DNA from: an uncultured Gammaproteobacteria bacterium
GTDB taxonomy: Bacteria > Pseudomonadota > Gammaproteobacteria > CAWJOP01
Direction of reading: 5' to 3'
NCBI GenBank assembly: GCA_963844535.1
Contig: CAWJOP010000008.1
Coordinates: forward strand, 196,801-260,800
Length of the DNA stretch: 64,000 bases
The notes beneath the pieces are model-generated. The model was not told the origin of the DNA. It did not search any database and saw nothing but the letters and a program-made list of their open reading frames with translations. Positions 21,152 through 31,034 of the stretch are shown piece after piece. Within the stretch, counting starts at the first letter, position 1, and each line of letters starts with the position of its first letter. The position numbers and the translations under genes are program-made.

Positions 21152-22126
21152 TTATTCCAACACATCAAGCAGATAACCAATAATTCTTCTTTCCAAATAA
21201 AATTGCGGGGAAAATGGTACACGCCCTTCAATGAAACCCACATGCCCTCCATACGATAAAATTTCTAGTTTAACCTCGACAGGAAGCTCGAGTGGATTAG
21301 GCAAGGCATGCTTGGGGAAAAAAGGATCATCGGCCGCTTGAATAATTAAAGTGCGCGTTTTAATTCTATTTAAATACTGTTGACTGCTCGATCTTGCGTA
21401 ATAATCATGCACATCCAAAAAACCATGCATTGGTGCGGTTATTTTGTCATCAAACTCCCAAAAAGTAGTTACCCTATTGAGTTCTTTTTTATGTTTAAAA
21501 AGTCTTTCACTGGACTGAAATTTTTTTAATACCGCTTTTTTTAAAGACTTTAATAACCACCACTGATATAGTCGTGAAAATCCTGTATTCAATTGATTTG
21601 CTGCTTGCTTCAAATCAAACGGCACCGAAACAGCAACTGCAGCATTAATGCGCAGGTGATTGGGATTCTCAGCCAACCATTTTAATAACACATTGCCACC
21701 CAATGAATAACCAATAATACAAACAGCAGTATCCGCGTTGATATTTGCCCATAGACTTGTGAGAAATTCAGTTAAATCTTGAGTTTCTCCCGCATGGTAA
21801 CCCTTTTTTAACCGTGTTTTATCTTGATCGTCACCACAACCTCTAAACTGCATACAAACACTTCTAAAACCATATTCAATTGATTTTTGCATCATGCCTT
21901 TTATATAAGCCGAAGCAGATGAACCACCTAACCCATGTAAAAACACTAAAATAGGCTTATTTTCAAACCTATTTTTACTCCAATCAAGCAAAAGAAAATC
22001 ACCATCGGATAAAATAAACTTTTCTCGTAATAAAGAGATTTTTATTTTCCTTGGAAAGATAACCGGAAAAAGAGTTTGTAGATGCCTGTTTTTCAGCCAC
22101 CAGGCAGGTTTAAAAGCAGTTAACAT
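21152..22126 (-). CDS. alpha/beta-fold hydrolase, YheT-like
   Basis: 324 aa with a nucleophile elbow GYSLGGN and an HG oxyanion motif (LVFLHGLGGSS). The architecture resembles E. coli YheT-family esterases. Confidence 0.8.
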   Translation of the reverse strand: MLTAFKPAWWLKNRHLQTLFPVIFPRKIKISLLREKFILSDGDFLLLDWSKNRFENKPILVFLHGLGGSSASAYIKGMMQKSIEYGFRSVCMQFRGCGDDQDKTRLKKGYHAGETQDLTEFLTSLWANINADTAVCIIGYSLGGNVLLKWLAENPNHLRINAAVAVSVPFDLKQAANQLNTGFSRLYQWWLLKSLKKAVLKKFQSSERLFKHKKELNRVTTFWEFDDKITAPMHGFLDVHDYYARSSSQQYLNRIKTRTLIIQAADDPFFPKHALPNPLELPVEVKLEILSYGGHVGFIEGRVPFSPQFYLERRIIGYLLDVLE

Positions 22127-22149
22127 TTAGCGCTCAAGGATCTTAGGGC

Positions 22150-22262
22150 CTGTTGACAATTTATCTCAAACCCTACGTTCCCGCGGCTTGTCCGCGGGAT
22201 CTATGGAGCAGGATCCATGGATCCCGCGAACAAGTCGTGGCAGCGGCACGTCGCAGGGTGTG
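22150..22262. repeat. family A REP-like palindromic element (long form)
   Basis: TTGACAATTTATCTCAAACCCTACGTTCCCGCGGCTTGTCCGCGGGATCTATGG..GGATCCATGGATCCCGCGAACAAGTCGTGGCAGCGGCACGTCG. It lies upstream of the divergent hydrolase and DUF2282 genes. Confidence 0.55.
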
Positions 22263-22335
22263 AATAGTTACAATAAATTTTTATTCTACATCAATTGGTA
22301 GTGATATACTGCTCGCAATTAAAAAAGGAACTTTT

Positions 22336-22632
22336 ATGCTCAAAAAAAATCAAATACTTCAATCAGCTATTGCTGGCGTTCTTGCTTTAACTTCAGTAAA
22401 TCAAGCCAATGCGCACAACGCTGTAACTTCACCAGAAATGGAAAAATGTTATGGCATTGTCAAAGCAGGAATGAATGATTGCCAAACCTCCAGTCAAAGC
22501 TGTGCGGGCTCTGCCATTAAAGATAAACAGTCTGACGCTTTTATTTTTTTACCTAAAGGAACTTGTCATAAAATCGTTGGTGGAAGTTTGCAACCGCCAG
22601 TAGTACAAAATGATGATAAAAATAAAAAATAA
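22336..22632 (+). CDS. DUF2282 (BufA1-type) Cys-containing RiPP precursor with a signal peptide (bufferin-like)
   Basis: 98 aa with a Sec signal peptide. The core EKCYGIVKAGMNDCQTSSQSCAGSAIKDKQSDAFIFLPKGTCHKIVGG has the four Cys spacing and the EKCYG..AG.NDC..SCAG...GTC motif of DUF2282 precursors, which MNIO (DUF692) enzymes modify. Confidence 0.75.
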   Translation: MLKKNQILQSAIAGVLALTSVNQANAHNAVTSPEMEKCYGIVKAGMNDCQTSSQSCAGSAIKDKQSDAFIFLPKGTCHKIVGGSLQPPVVQNDDKNKK

Positions 22633-23475
22633 TGCCACTGGTATTGGTCTTCGCGCCACACACTATCATGAAATCATAAGCAATCAGCCTAAAATTACTT
22701 GGCTTGAAGTACATAGTGAAAATTATTTTGGCAAAGGCGGAAAACCGCTCAATTATCTAACTCAAATCCACCAACACTACCCGCTCAGCTTTCATGGGGT
22801 AGGACTATCACTAGGATTCTACTGATCCACTCAATTTGCTTCATCTTAAACAACTGAAAAAACTGATAGATCAATTCAATCCTATTTTTATTTCTGAGCA
22901 TTTATGCTGGTCGTCAATTGACGGACGCTATCTGCATGATTTATTACCATTACCTTATACTGAAGAAGCTTTAAATTTATGTATTGATAAAATCAATCAA
23001 ATTCAAGATTTTTTGAATCGTAAAATTTTAATTGAAAATATTTCGAGTTATTTGCAATTTACTGATAACACCATGCCAGAATATGAATTTATCAACAAAA
23101 TTGTTGCGCAAACTGGCTGCGGGATATTATTAGATCTCACTAATCTTTACATTAATAGTGTTAATCATCATTGGGAACGTTGCACTTTATTTACAGCATA
23201 TTCCAACACACACTATAGATGAAATTCATCTGGCTGGATTTACCACAAATCATTTTGCAAATGGTTTCATGTTGATTGATACTCATGATCAAGCGATTGA
23301 TGCAAATGTGTGGAAATTGTATACGCAAGTTATCAGTAAATTTGGGCCAAAACCTACGCTTATTGAATGGGATAAGAATATCCCCAAATTATCCACGCTT
23401 TTAGCCGAAGCCGAAAAAGCTAATGGTATTTTATTAAACAATAATCTCGCCAAACATGACTATATCCTTACGTAA
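22613..23475 (+). pseudogene. DUF692/MNIO (MbnB/BufB-like TIM-barrel oxidase) gene interrupted by two frameshifts
   Basis: Three overlapping ORFs at 22610..22825, 22836..23222 and 23158..23475 together reconstitute one DUF692 protein (GIGLRATHYHEI.., WLEVHSENYF.., HGVGLSLG | STDPLNLLHLKQLK..SEHLCW.., LLPLPYTEEAL.., ILIENISSY.., GCGILLDLTNLYINSVNHHW | ALYLQHIP.., IDEIHLAGF.., LIDTHDQ.., PTLIEWD). One shift is an extra T at ~22818 and the other a 1-bp loss at ~23185. Confidence 0.65.
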
Positions 23476-24289
23476 ATTACAACTTGCTTTTAGACATGCC
23501 ATATTGGGCGATAAAAAAATTTCATTAAGTTCGCATATCGAGCAAAATGGTCTTACCTCTAAACAAAGGATACAAATTTACCAAAATAATGTTTTCTTCA
23601 CTTTAACTGCGGCACTAAAAAGCATTTATCCTACTATTCATCAAATACTGGCAGAACCATCTTTCTTAGCTATTGCACATCATTACATCGTTCGTTATCC
23701 ATCGAACTTCGGCGACATCAGCTCTTTTGGCATGCACTTTGGAAAGTTTCTGGCTAATTCCTTAGCAACAAAATCTTTTCCCTATTTAAAAGAAATAGCT
23801 AATTTAGAATGGGCTTACCATGAAGTATTTCACGAAGAAGAAGTTGAATACTTCGAACTAAATAAGCTAAAAACAGTCTCAGCCGAAAAATATTCACAGA
23901 TAAAATTTAACCTAAATCCTGCTTGCCGCTTACTTTCCTGCAAATACCCTATTTTATCGATTTGGCAATATTATCAGCAGCAAAAAACGTCGCCGTTTTC
24001 GCCGTCATTGCAAGCACATCATTGCGAGGAGCACTTGCGCCCCGTGGCAAATGATGCGTGTGGCAATCCAACGCCACAGAGGGAAAAAATACTAATTATC
24101 CGGCGATCATCAGACATTACATTTGAAAAATTAACCGAAGGTGAATTTGCTTTATTGTCTGCTTTTAGCAAAGGATTGGCTTTCAAACAATCACATACAC
24201 TTGCATTAAAATCAGATATGACATTTAATATTGAAGCCTATTTAAAACAAGCTGTTTTACAAAAAATTATTGTGGATTTTTACTTTTAA
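23456..24289 (+). CDS. DUF2063-family protein (MbnC/BufC-like partner of MNIO)
   Basis: 277 aa. It sits 3' of and overlaps the MNIO gene, as in DUF692-DUF2063 pairs. The N-terminal region (QLAFRHAILGD.., IYQNNVFFTLTAALKSIYPTIHQILAEPSF..) is consistent with DUF2063. It contains a segment encoded by a degenerate family C repeat. Confidence 0.6.
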   Translation: MTISLRKLQLAFRHAILGDKKISLSSHIEQNGLTSKQRIQIYQNNVFFTLTAALKSIYPTIHQILAEPSFLAIAHHYIVRYPSNFGDISSFGMHFGKFLANSLATKSFPYLKEIANLEWAYHEVFHEEEVEYFELNKLKTVSAEKYSQIKFNLNPACRLLSCKYPILSIWQYYQQQKTSPFSPSLQAHHCEEHLRPVANDACGNPTPQREKILIIRRSSDITFEKLTEGEFALLSAFSKGLAFKQSHTLALKSDMTFNIEAYLKQAVLQKIIVDFYF

Positions 24290-24301
24290 GGATATCGCCT
24301 C

Positions 24302-24883
24302 ATGAAGAATCTCTTTCGTGTATTTTTTTTGTTTGCTTCATTGTTCCCTTTCTCAATCGTAATTAACGCCGCGCCAATAAACTACACGCTTGACCCGAAC
24401 CACACTTATGTTTTATGGCACATTAACCATTTTGGATTCTCTAATCCTTCAGGTAAATGGATGGCGGCAGGCAACTTAGTTTTAGATAAAGACAACCCCC
24501 AAAATAGCCAGGTAAAAGCTACCATCGATCTTAATAATCTTGCTACCGGTGTTGCAGAATTAGATAAACACTTAAAAGAAAAATTATTCTTTGATGTTAC
24601 ACAATTTCCAACCGCCTCATTTGTTAGCAATAGCGTAGATGTAACCAGTAAAACTACGGCGAAAGTACATGGTACCTTAACACTTCACGGTATTTCTAAA
24701 CCAGTTACATTAAATGTCACCTTCAACAAAGCAGCAGCAAACCCAATTACTAATAAAGATTCCGTTGGTTTTAGTGCCACAACAACTCTGAAACGTTCTG
24801 ATTTTGGCATAACCACACTACTACCTGGAGTAAGTGATGAAGTAAAAATTAACATTGAAGCAGAAGCCTACAAAACAATGTAA
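24302..24883 (+). CDS. yceI: YceI-family periplasmic polyisoprenoid-binding protein
   Basis: 193 aa with a signal peptide and the YceI lipocalin-like pattern (YTLDPNHTYVLWHINHFGFSNPSGKW.., FFDVTQFPTASF.., HGTLTLHGISKPVTL.., LKRSDFGI). Confidence 0.85.
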   Translation: MKNLFRVFFLFASLFPFSIVINAAPINYTLDPNHTYVLWHINHFGFSNPSGKWMAAGNLVLDKDNPQNSQVKATIDLNNLATGVAELDKHLKEKLFFDVTQFPTASFVSNSVDVTSKTTAKVHGTLTLHGISKPVTLNVTFNKAAANPITNKDSVGFSATTTLKRSDFGITTLLPGVSDEVKINIEAEAYKTM

Positions 24884-24894
24884 GAGGTATATTA

Positions 24895-25434
24895 ATGCAG
24901 CTTAAGAATACTAAAGATGGCTTTGGCATTATCTCAATTATCATCCATTGGCTAATGGCGTTGTTAATTATCGGGCTTTTAGCAGAAGGGCTTTATATGG
25001 AACGAATTAGCATCAGTGTACAAAAACTAGAGCTTTATGGACTACATAAAGAATTTGGTATTTTAGTGCTCATGTTAGTTGTCGTTCGGTTAATTTGGCG
25101 TATCGAAAATATCACTCCCTCTCTCGATTCTCTTATCTATTTAGAAAGGCTAGCTGCACGAAGTATGCACATTGCTTTTTATATATTTATGTTTTTGTTA
25201 CCCCTCACTGGTTGGGCAATTTCTCAAGCAGCAGGACTGCCGGTGTCATTTTTTGGTCTTTTCTTGCTACCAGATTTCATTCGTCCCAATGAGCATTTAC
25301 AACAATTATTTACCGAGATTCATGAATGGTTAGCCTATGCTTTAATTTTAGCAATCTGTGGTCATGTTGCGGCTGCATTGAAACACCATTTTATCGACAA
25401 AGACACTATTCTAAAAAGGATGCTTTGGCCATGA
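24895..25434 (+). CDS. cybB: cytochrome b561 family protein (CybB/YceJ-like)
   Basis: 179 aa with 4 TM helices and conserved His ligands (IIIHWLMALLI.., LHKEFGILVL.., HIAFYIFMFLLPLTGW.., HEWLAYALI). It is adjacent to yceI, as for E. coli yceJ-yceI. Confidence 0.85.
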   Translation: MQLKNTKDGFGIISIIIHWLMALLIIGLLAEGLYMERISISVQKLELYGLHKEFGILVLMLVVVRLIWRIENITPSLDSLIYLERLAARSMHIAFYIFMFLLPLTGWAISQAAGLPVSFFGLFLLPDFIRPNEHLQQLFTEIHEWLAYALILAICGHVAAALKHHFIDKDTILKRMLWP

Positions 25435-26003
25435 TTAAACCTATCAGTAAAATTTTATTAGCTGGATTAGTAATGATCTTAGCGAGTAACACGCATGCTG
25501 AAGTAGCCGCATGGCACATCGTTGCTAATAAAAGCAATCTTACTTTTAAAGCTATTCAAAACAATGCCCCAGTAACAGGAAGTTTTAAACTTTTCAGTGG
25601 AGAAATTAAATTTGATCCTAATCAACCTTCGTCAGGCTATGCGCACATTATCGTCGACATGAATTCAATTACCACATCTTACAAAGTGATTGAAGATACC
25701 CTGAAAACTTCAGATTGGTTTGACACTAAACAATTTCCTCAATCAGTGTTTACTACTTCACATATTAAGAAAATAAACGATACCGCGTATCAAGTTGATG
25801 GCAACTTGACCATCCGTGATAAAACTTTGCCCATAACCTTAACCTGTACACTAAACAATTATGCAAAAACCAATGCTCGGATCGAGGGATCAACACACTT
25901 AAAGCGAACTGCTTTTGGTGTAGGTAGAGGAGAGTGGGCAAAAACCGACTCAATAAAAGATGATATTGAAGTATATTTTTTACTAATTTTAACCCGCACT
26001 TAA
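25431..26003 (+). CDS. yceI: second YceI-family protein
   Basis: The ATG at 25431 overlaps the cybB stop (ATGA). There is a signal peptide (MIKPISKILLAGLVMILASNTHA), then the YceI pattern (WHIVANKSNLTFKAIQNNAPVTGSF.., WFDTKQFPQSVF.., DGNLTIRDKTLPITL.., LKRTAFGV). The track ORF is 5'-extended to 25326. Confidence 0.8.
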   Translation: MIKPISKILLAGLVMILASNTHAEVAAWHIVANKSNLTFKAIQNNAPVTGSFKLFSGEIKFDPNQPSSGYAHIIVDMNSITTSYKVIEDTLKTSDWFDTKQFPQSVFTTSHIKKINDTAYQVDGNLTIRDKTLPITLTCTLNNYAKTNARIEGSTHLKRTAFGVGRGEWAKTDSIKDDIEVYFLLILTRT

Positions 26004-26035
26004 TTAGTTTATTTAAAGTATTATTACACTTGCTC

Positions 26036-26150
26036 AGTCCCCTTCCCGTGAGGCCGTCATTGCGAGCACCTGTAGGGTGCGAAGCAATCCAGAAATTATA
26101 AATATTTTTACTGGATTGCCACGCGCTTCGCGCTCGCAATGACGGTCTTA
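26036..26150. repeat. family C palindromic element (GTCATTGCGAG...GCAATCCAG...CTCGCAATGAC)
   Basis: ..CCCTTCCCGTGAGGCCGTCATTGCGAGC..GAAGCAATCCAG..CTGGATTGCCACGCGCTTCGCGCTCGCAATGACGG... It has both outer and inner inverted repeats and is a near-copy of the element at 35258..35410. Confidence 0.55.
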
Positions 26151-26271
26151 CGAAGTAGAAACTAAGCTTTTACATTTCTATTTCAAGCAATTAAAAATTT
26201 TTCCTATCTAAATATTTTTTTGACTCTTCAAAAAAATGTGATACCTTGTTCGCTTTTTTCCTAGGGCCTGT

Positions 26272-26433
26272 TTACATTTGATTTGCCATAGCGAGAAAAG
26301 CAGGGATGTAAGCTAGAAGTTTGCCAAATCTGAGGAGAATACTAAGTCGTATTTGACGAAGATTCGGCAAAATTCTAGCAAATCCTATGCTTTTCGCAGC
26401 AGGTAAATCAAATGTAAACAGGCCCTTTTTTTT
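26272..26433. repeat. ~150-bp long imperfect hairpin with perfect 23-bp terminal inverted repeats and a 3' T8 run; candidate sRNA or MITE
   Basis: GGCCTGTTTACATTTGATTTGCC at 26273 pairs with GGTAAATCAAATGTAAACAGGCC at ~26403, followed by TTTTTTTT. The interior also partly self-complements (GCGAGAAAAGCA / TGCTTTTCGC). It lies just upstream of the autotransporter gene. Confidence 0.4.
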
Positions 26434-26455
26434 ATAACCATAAGAGAAAATAACA

Positions 26456-29014
26456 ATGCTTCATAATTTTAATTATTTAAAAAACAATTGTTCGCTTTTT
26501 TTAATAGCCTTATCTTTTTTAGGCTTATTTTCTCAAGCTGCATTTGCCACCACTTATCAATGGAATGTAGTTTCAGGTGATTGGGAAACAGAATCTAATT
26601 GGCTTCCTATGACTCCCCCGGGGCCACCTACCAGCGCAGATACTGCAGAGATTGATAACGGTGGAACTGCTATAGTATTCGCTGGGGATAATTCTTTAGC
26701 ATCAACCGTCAATTTGGGTGTCAACACTACTTCAAATATATTAAATATCGATGCAGGTGGTACGCTCAACATTACTAACAACCTTAACATAGCAAGTACT
26801 GCTACTTCTTCTGGTGCATTAACTCTTATGGGCCAGTTGTTTGTTAATCAAATTCAAGCGGGTATGGGCACTGCGGTTATTAACTTTAACGGCGGAACCT
26901 TACAAGCTGGAACTACTTCTGCATCGAACCTGATCGTAGGCGGATTTGCTTCCAGTAACTTAAACATCGAAAGCGGTGGACTCACCATTGATGACCAGGG
27001 CAATAACATCACTGAAAACCCTTCAGATATGTTTGGATTTAGTGGTCAAGGTAGCTTTACTAAAACGGGCACCGGTGTTGTGACCTTCAACGACCTCACC
27101 AATAATTATCAAGGTGATACGACGGTTGCCGAAGGTACGTTAACCATCAGCGGCGGTACCTTAGGCACCGTGAATGGCAATATCCAATTAGCGACCCTAA
27201 GTAATGCCACCTTAAATATTAATAACGGTGCTGCAGTCACTGCGAATACCGTCACTTTAGGTGACCCAGCTGGAACCCTTAATCTCGGTGGTGGCCCTGG
27301 CTCTCCAGGTACTTTGAGTACCAATCAGTTGATTGCAGGCAATAGCGGAAGTGTGGCTAACTTTAATAATGGCACATTAATCGCACTTTCCAGCAATGCT
27401 AACTTCATCACTGGGTTTAGCAGCGGTAATTTGGTCACCAATAGTCCAGATGGTGTGATTATCGATAGCAATGGCTTTAATATTGGGGTTGCGGATAGTG
27501 GATTTACGGGTAATGGAGGTCTTACAAAAACCGGCGCGGGTACGCTGACATTAAGTGGTACGAATACCTACTCAGGTACTACGACGATTGATGAAGGCAT
27601 CATACAGGCAGGGGCTGCTAATACCCTTAGCCCATTTTCCAATCATGTGGTTGATGCTAATACTGAGCTTAATCTTGCTGGTTTCCCACAAACGATTGCT
27701 GGGTTAACGAATAACGGGTTAGTCTCCTTAGCAGGTACTACGGCTGGAAATCAACTCACGGTGACTGGGAATTTAGGTTCTGGTAACGGCACTTTTGCAT
27801 TCTTAACCAATTTAGGTGCATTAGTGGGTGATCATATGAGCGTCGGAGGAACCAGCGCAGGCAGTTACCTAGTTCAAGTCACCAACCAAGGTAACAATCC
27901 AACGACTCCAGGTCAGTCCTTAGAACTTATTTCTACTACGGACGGTGTGGCTCAATTTGCGTTACAAGGTGGACAAGTTGATGCAGGTATTTTGGTATAT
28001 ACCTTACAAGAAGGCTTAGGCGTACCGGGTACTGAAGACAACTGGTATCTTGTGAATAGTGGCTTAACGCCTACGGGTAAGAACATCGTTGCAACCGCGT
28101 TGACTCCATCGATTTGGGCGACCCAGTTTGATGATGTGTACAAACGTATGGGTGAGTTACGTCAAGGAATCTGCCGATGCTGTGATGGTTGTGCACGCTA
28201 TGGACAAATCAAAAATAATGTATGGGTCCGTAATTACGATGAGCGTATCAACGTTAATAGCGATGTTGCTGGCGATCCGTTCCATGTTTACTTATACGGT
28301 GCTGACGTGGGTATAGACAAAGGCTTTACCACAGCCTGTGGCAATCAAGTGTTTGCTGGTGCGTTCTTAGGATACGGAAGAAGTAGTCCTATCTTCTCAT
28401 CATCATCAGGCAGTATAGATACCAATGCACCTTATGCGGGTGTTTACGGTACTTGGTTGAATCAATGTGGTTGGTATGTAGATGGCGTTGTTAAAGCACA
28501 ACGTTTTTACAATAAATTCAATACATTGACTACATCCGGCAGCAATCTAGATGACACAACCTATAACCAGTGGAGTGTAGGCGCGTCTGCTCAGGCAGGT
28601 AAACGCTTCTGTGCAAAAAATGGCTTCTTTGTTGAACCACAAGCGCAAATTACCTATACACACTTTAATGGAGCAAACTATATAGCTGATGATATTTTCC
28701 CAGTAAGTGTTGGCAACACGGAAATAACTCAAGCTAGAGGCATGTTAATGGTCGGTCGTACATTTAACCAATGTGGAAAATTCTTTGAACCTTACGTAAA
28801 ATTCGGAGAAGCTACACAAAATAGCCATGGTACTAATGTTGATGTTGCCGGAATGCACTTTCGTCCTAACTTAGACGGGGCACGAACTGAAGTAGGTGCA
28901 GGGTTTGCTTATGGATGCAACCACGTACAGTTCCATGCTGATTACAAAGCGGTTAACGGCCCAGATTACAATATTCCATGGGCAATTAACGTAGGCTTCC
29001 GATATATCATGTAA
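26456..29014 (+). CDS. classical (type Va) autotransporter with passenger-associated beta-strand (PATR) repeats and a C-terminal beta-barrel
   Basis: 852 aa with a signal peptide. The Gly/Thr/Asn-rich passenger has repeated TGxGTLTLSG.NTYSGxTTI units (autotransporter-associated beta-strand repeats). The C-terminal ~280 aa have alternating aromatic/hydrophobic residues and end in ..NVGFRYIM. Confidence 0.85.
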   Translation: MLHNFNYLKNNCSLFLIALSFLGLFSQAAFATTYQWNVVSGDWETESNWLPMTPPGPPTSADTAEIDNGGTAIVFAGDNSLASTVNLGVNTTSNILNIDAGGTLNITNNLNIASTATSSGALTLMGQLFVNQIQAGMGTAVINFNGGTLQAGTTSASNLIVGGFASSNLNIESGGLTIDDQGNNITENPSDMFGFSGQGSFTKTGTGVVTFNDLTNNYQGDTTVAEGTLTISGGTLGTVNGNIQLATLSNATLNINNGAAVTANTVTLGDPAGTLNLGGGPGSPGTLSTNQLIAGNSGSVANFNNGTLIALSSNANFITGFSSGNLVTNSPDGVIIDSNGFNIGVADSGFTGNGGLTKTGAGTLTLSGTNTYSGTTTIDEGIIQAGAANTLSPFSNHVVDANTELNLAGFPQTIAGLTNNGLVSLAGTTAGNQLTVTGNLGSGNGTFAFLTNLGALVGDHMSVGGTSAGSYLVQVTNQGNNPTTPGQSLELISTTDGVAQFALQGGQVDAGILVYTLQEGLGVPGTEDNWYLVNSGLTPTGKNIVATALTPSIWATQFDDVYKRMGELRQGICRCCDGCARYGQIKNNVWVRNYDERINVNSDVAGDPFHVYLYGADVGIDKGFTTACGNQVFAGAFLGYGRSSPIFSSSSGSIDTNAPYAGVYGTWLNQCGWYVDGVVKAQRFYNKFNTLTTSGSNLDDTTYNQWSVGASAQAGKRFCAKNGFFVEPQAQITYTHFNGANYIADDIFPVSVGNTEITQARGMLMVGRTFNQCGKFFEPYVKFGEATQNSHGTNVDVAGMHFRPNLDGARTEVGAGFAYGCNHVQFHADYKAVNGPDYNIPWAINVGFRYIM

Positions 29015-29089
29015 AAAATAGAGTCGTGCGCGGTTATCATTTATAATCGCGCACACTTTTCTCGTAGGATAAAACGTCTCTTCAACGGA

Positions 29090-30979
29090 ATGATTATGTC
29101 ACTTCTTAATAAGATTTTAGGACGACCTCTTACTTCTAACGCATATAAAAAACAAGAACTCTCAATTATGACGGGAGTACCAGCATTAGGGCTGGATGCT
29201 CTTGCTTCAACAGCTTACGGTCCAGAAGCTGCGCTGATGATTTTATTGCCACTTGGTGCGATTGGGCTGCATTATTTTTTTGTTATTATGCTCGCAATCG
29301 TTGCTACGCTTATTACTCTTTATCTTTCCTATCAACAAACCACTGCTGCTTATCCAAATGGTGGTGGTGCTTACATTGTTGCAGGAGATAATCTGGGAAA
29401 ACGCATTGGATTATGGGCAGCAATTGCCTTGTTACTTGATTATTTATTAAATGTTGCCGTAGGAATTTCAGCTGGAATTGGCGCAATAGTATCAGCTATT
29501 CCCCTACTGCAACCCTACACACTCACACTTTGTCTCTTTGTTCTTTTGATGTTAACCATACTTAATTTACGAGGTATTCGTGAATCAGGATTTGTTTTCA
29601 TTATTCCTACACTAGCATTCATCGCATGTTTGGGTATTTCGATGATAATAGGATTAATTCATTCTTGGCAAAGTGGAGGTCACCCATATCCTATTGTCAC
29701 ACCTCCTCTTGCTCCGCCAGTAACTGCAACAATGAGTATTTGGCTATTATTAGGTGCATTTGCTAATGGCCTTACCGCCATGACTGGCGTCGAAGCAGTT
29801 AGCAATGCCGTACCACTATTTCGCAAACCAACAGTTAAAAATGCACAGTGGACACTAACAATAATCGTCGGAATACTGGGTTTATTTTTATTATGTCTTG
29901 GGTATCTTTGCCCCACTTATCATATTATTGCAATGGATGAAAATAGACCGGCATACCAAACCATATTGTCACAACTCATTACTGCTATTATGGGAAAAGG
30001 AGTGTTTTATTACTTCTCTATTATTAGCATCTTTATTGTACTTACCTATTCAGCACAAACCAGCTTTGCTGATTTTCCAAGAGTATGTCGTTTATTAGCA
30101 GAAGATAACTTTCTCCCGCATTTTTTTGCAGAAAAAGGCCGACGCCTTGTTTTCTCCCATGGAATTGTCATATTAGCAATTTTTTCTGCTGTACTTCTAG
30201 TTATATTTAAAGGAATTACGAGTAATTTGATTCCGTTATTTGCCATAGGCGCATTTAGTGCATTTTTTTTCTCGCAATCAGGTATGGTTGTACATTGGTT
30301 GCGTAGAAAAAATGAAGCAAAAGCAAAAATAAAATTATTTTTTAATGCCCTCGGCGCTGTAATGACTGCCATCGCTCTTATTATTATCAGCATTGCGAAA
30401 TTTATTGAAGGCGCTTGGATTGTCATTGTGGTTGCACTGTCTCTTGCTTTAGCGTTAACACAAATTAGAAAACATTATCAAAAAATTACTCGTAAAATTG
30501 ACACGCCTCTTGAGTTACAAGTCTCAAAATTAAAACCACCTGTAGTAATTGTTCCGATTCAAGGTTGGGACTGTGTGGCGGAGAAAGCCATTCGATTTGG
30601 GTTACTCCTTTCAGATAATGTAATTGCTGTATACGTCAGCACCGAACAAGATGATGAACAACCACTGAAAAAACTTTGGGCAGAAAAAGTTGAAGCGCCA
30701 GCTAAGGCGGCACATTTTGCCATTCCTCAACTTGAGATTATTAAATCTCCTTATCGACGTGTTTTTCAGCCTATTTTGCAGTTCGTAAAAAAAGTTAAAA
30801 AAGATATCCCTGATCGCCTTATTGCTGTAGTTATTCCTGAACTGGTCGAAGCACATTGGTATGAATATTTATTACATAATATTCATGCGGCAGGATTGCG
30901 CACATTACTTTTTTTAGAGCATGATCAAAGGACCATAGTAATTACGACACCCTGGTATTTACGAGAAGCAACTTCTTAG
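29090..30979 (+). CDS. APC-superfamily amino acid permease with a ~200-aa C-terminal cytoplasmic extension
   Basis: 629 aa, with ~12 TM segments in the first 420 aa (GGGAYIVAGDNLGKRIGLWAAIALLLDYLLNVAVGISAG) and then a soluble domain. Confidence 0.8.
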   Translation: MIMSLLNKILGRPLTSNAYKKQELSIMTGVPALGLDALASTAYGPEAALMILLPLGAIGLHYFFVIMLAIVATLITLYLSYQQTTAAYPNGGGAYIVAGDNLGKRIGLWAAIALLLDYLLNVAVGISAGIGAIVSAIPLLQPYTLTLCLFVLLMLTILNLRGIRESGFVFIIPTLAFIACLGISMIIGLIHSWQSGGHPYPIVTPPLAPPVTATMSIWLLLGAFANGLTAMTGVEAVSNAVPLFRKPTVKNAQWTLTIIVGILGLFLLCLGYLCPTYHIIAMDENRPAYQTILSQLITAIMGKGVFYYFSIISIFIVLTYSAQTSFADFPRVCRLLAEDNFLPHFFAEKGRRLVFSHGIVILAIFSAVLLVIFKGITSNLIPLFAIGAFSAFFFSQSGMVVHWLRRKNEAKAKIKLFFNALGAVMTAIALIIISIAKFIEGAWIVIVVALSLALALTQIRKHYQKITRKIDTPLELQVSKLKPPVVIVPIQGWDCVAEKAIRFGLLLSDNVIAVYVSTEQDDEQPLKKLWAEKVEAPAKAAHFAIPQLEIIKSPYRRVFQPILQFVKKVKKDIPDRLIAVVIPELVEAHWYEYLLHNIHAAGLRTLLFLEHDQRTIVITTPWYLREATS

Positions 30980-31034
30980 CTGCAGCAACAATTATGTATA
31001 TACTATGTATAAAATAACTTGGGAGCTCATTTAA

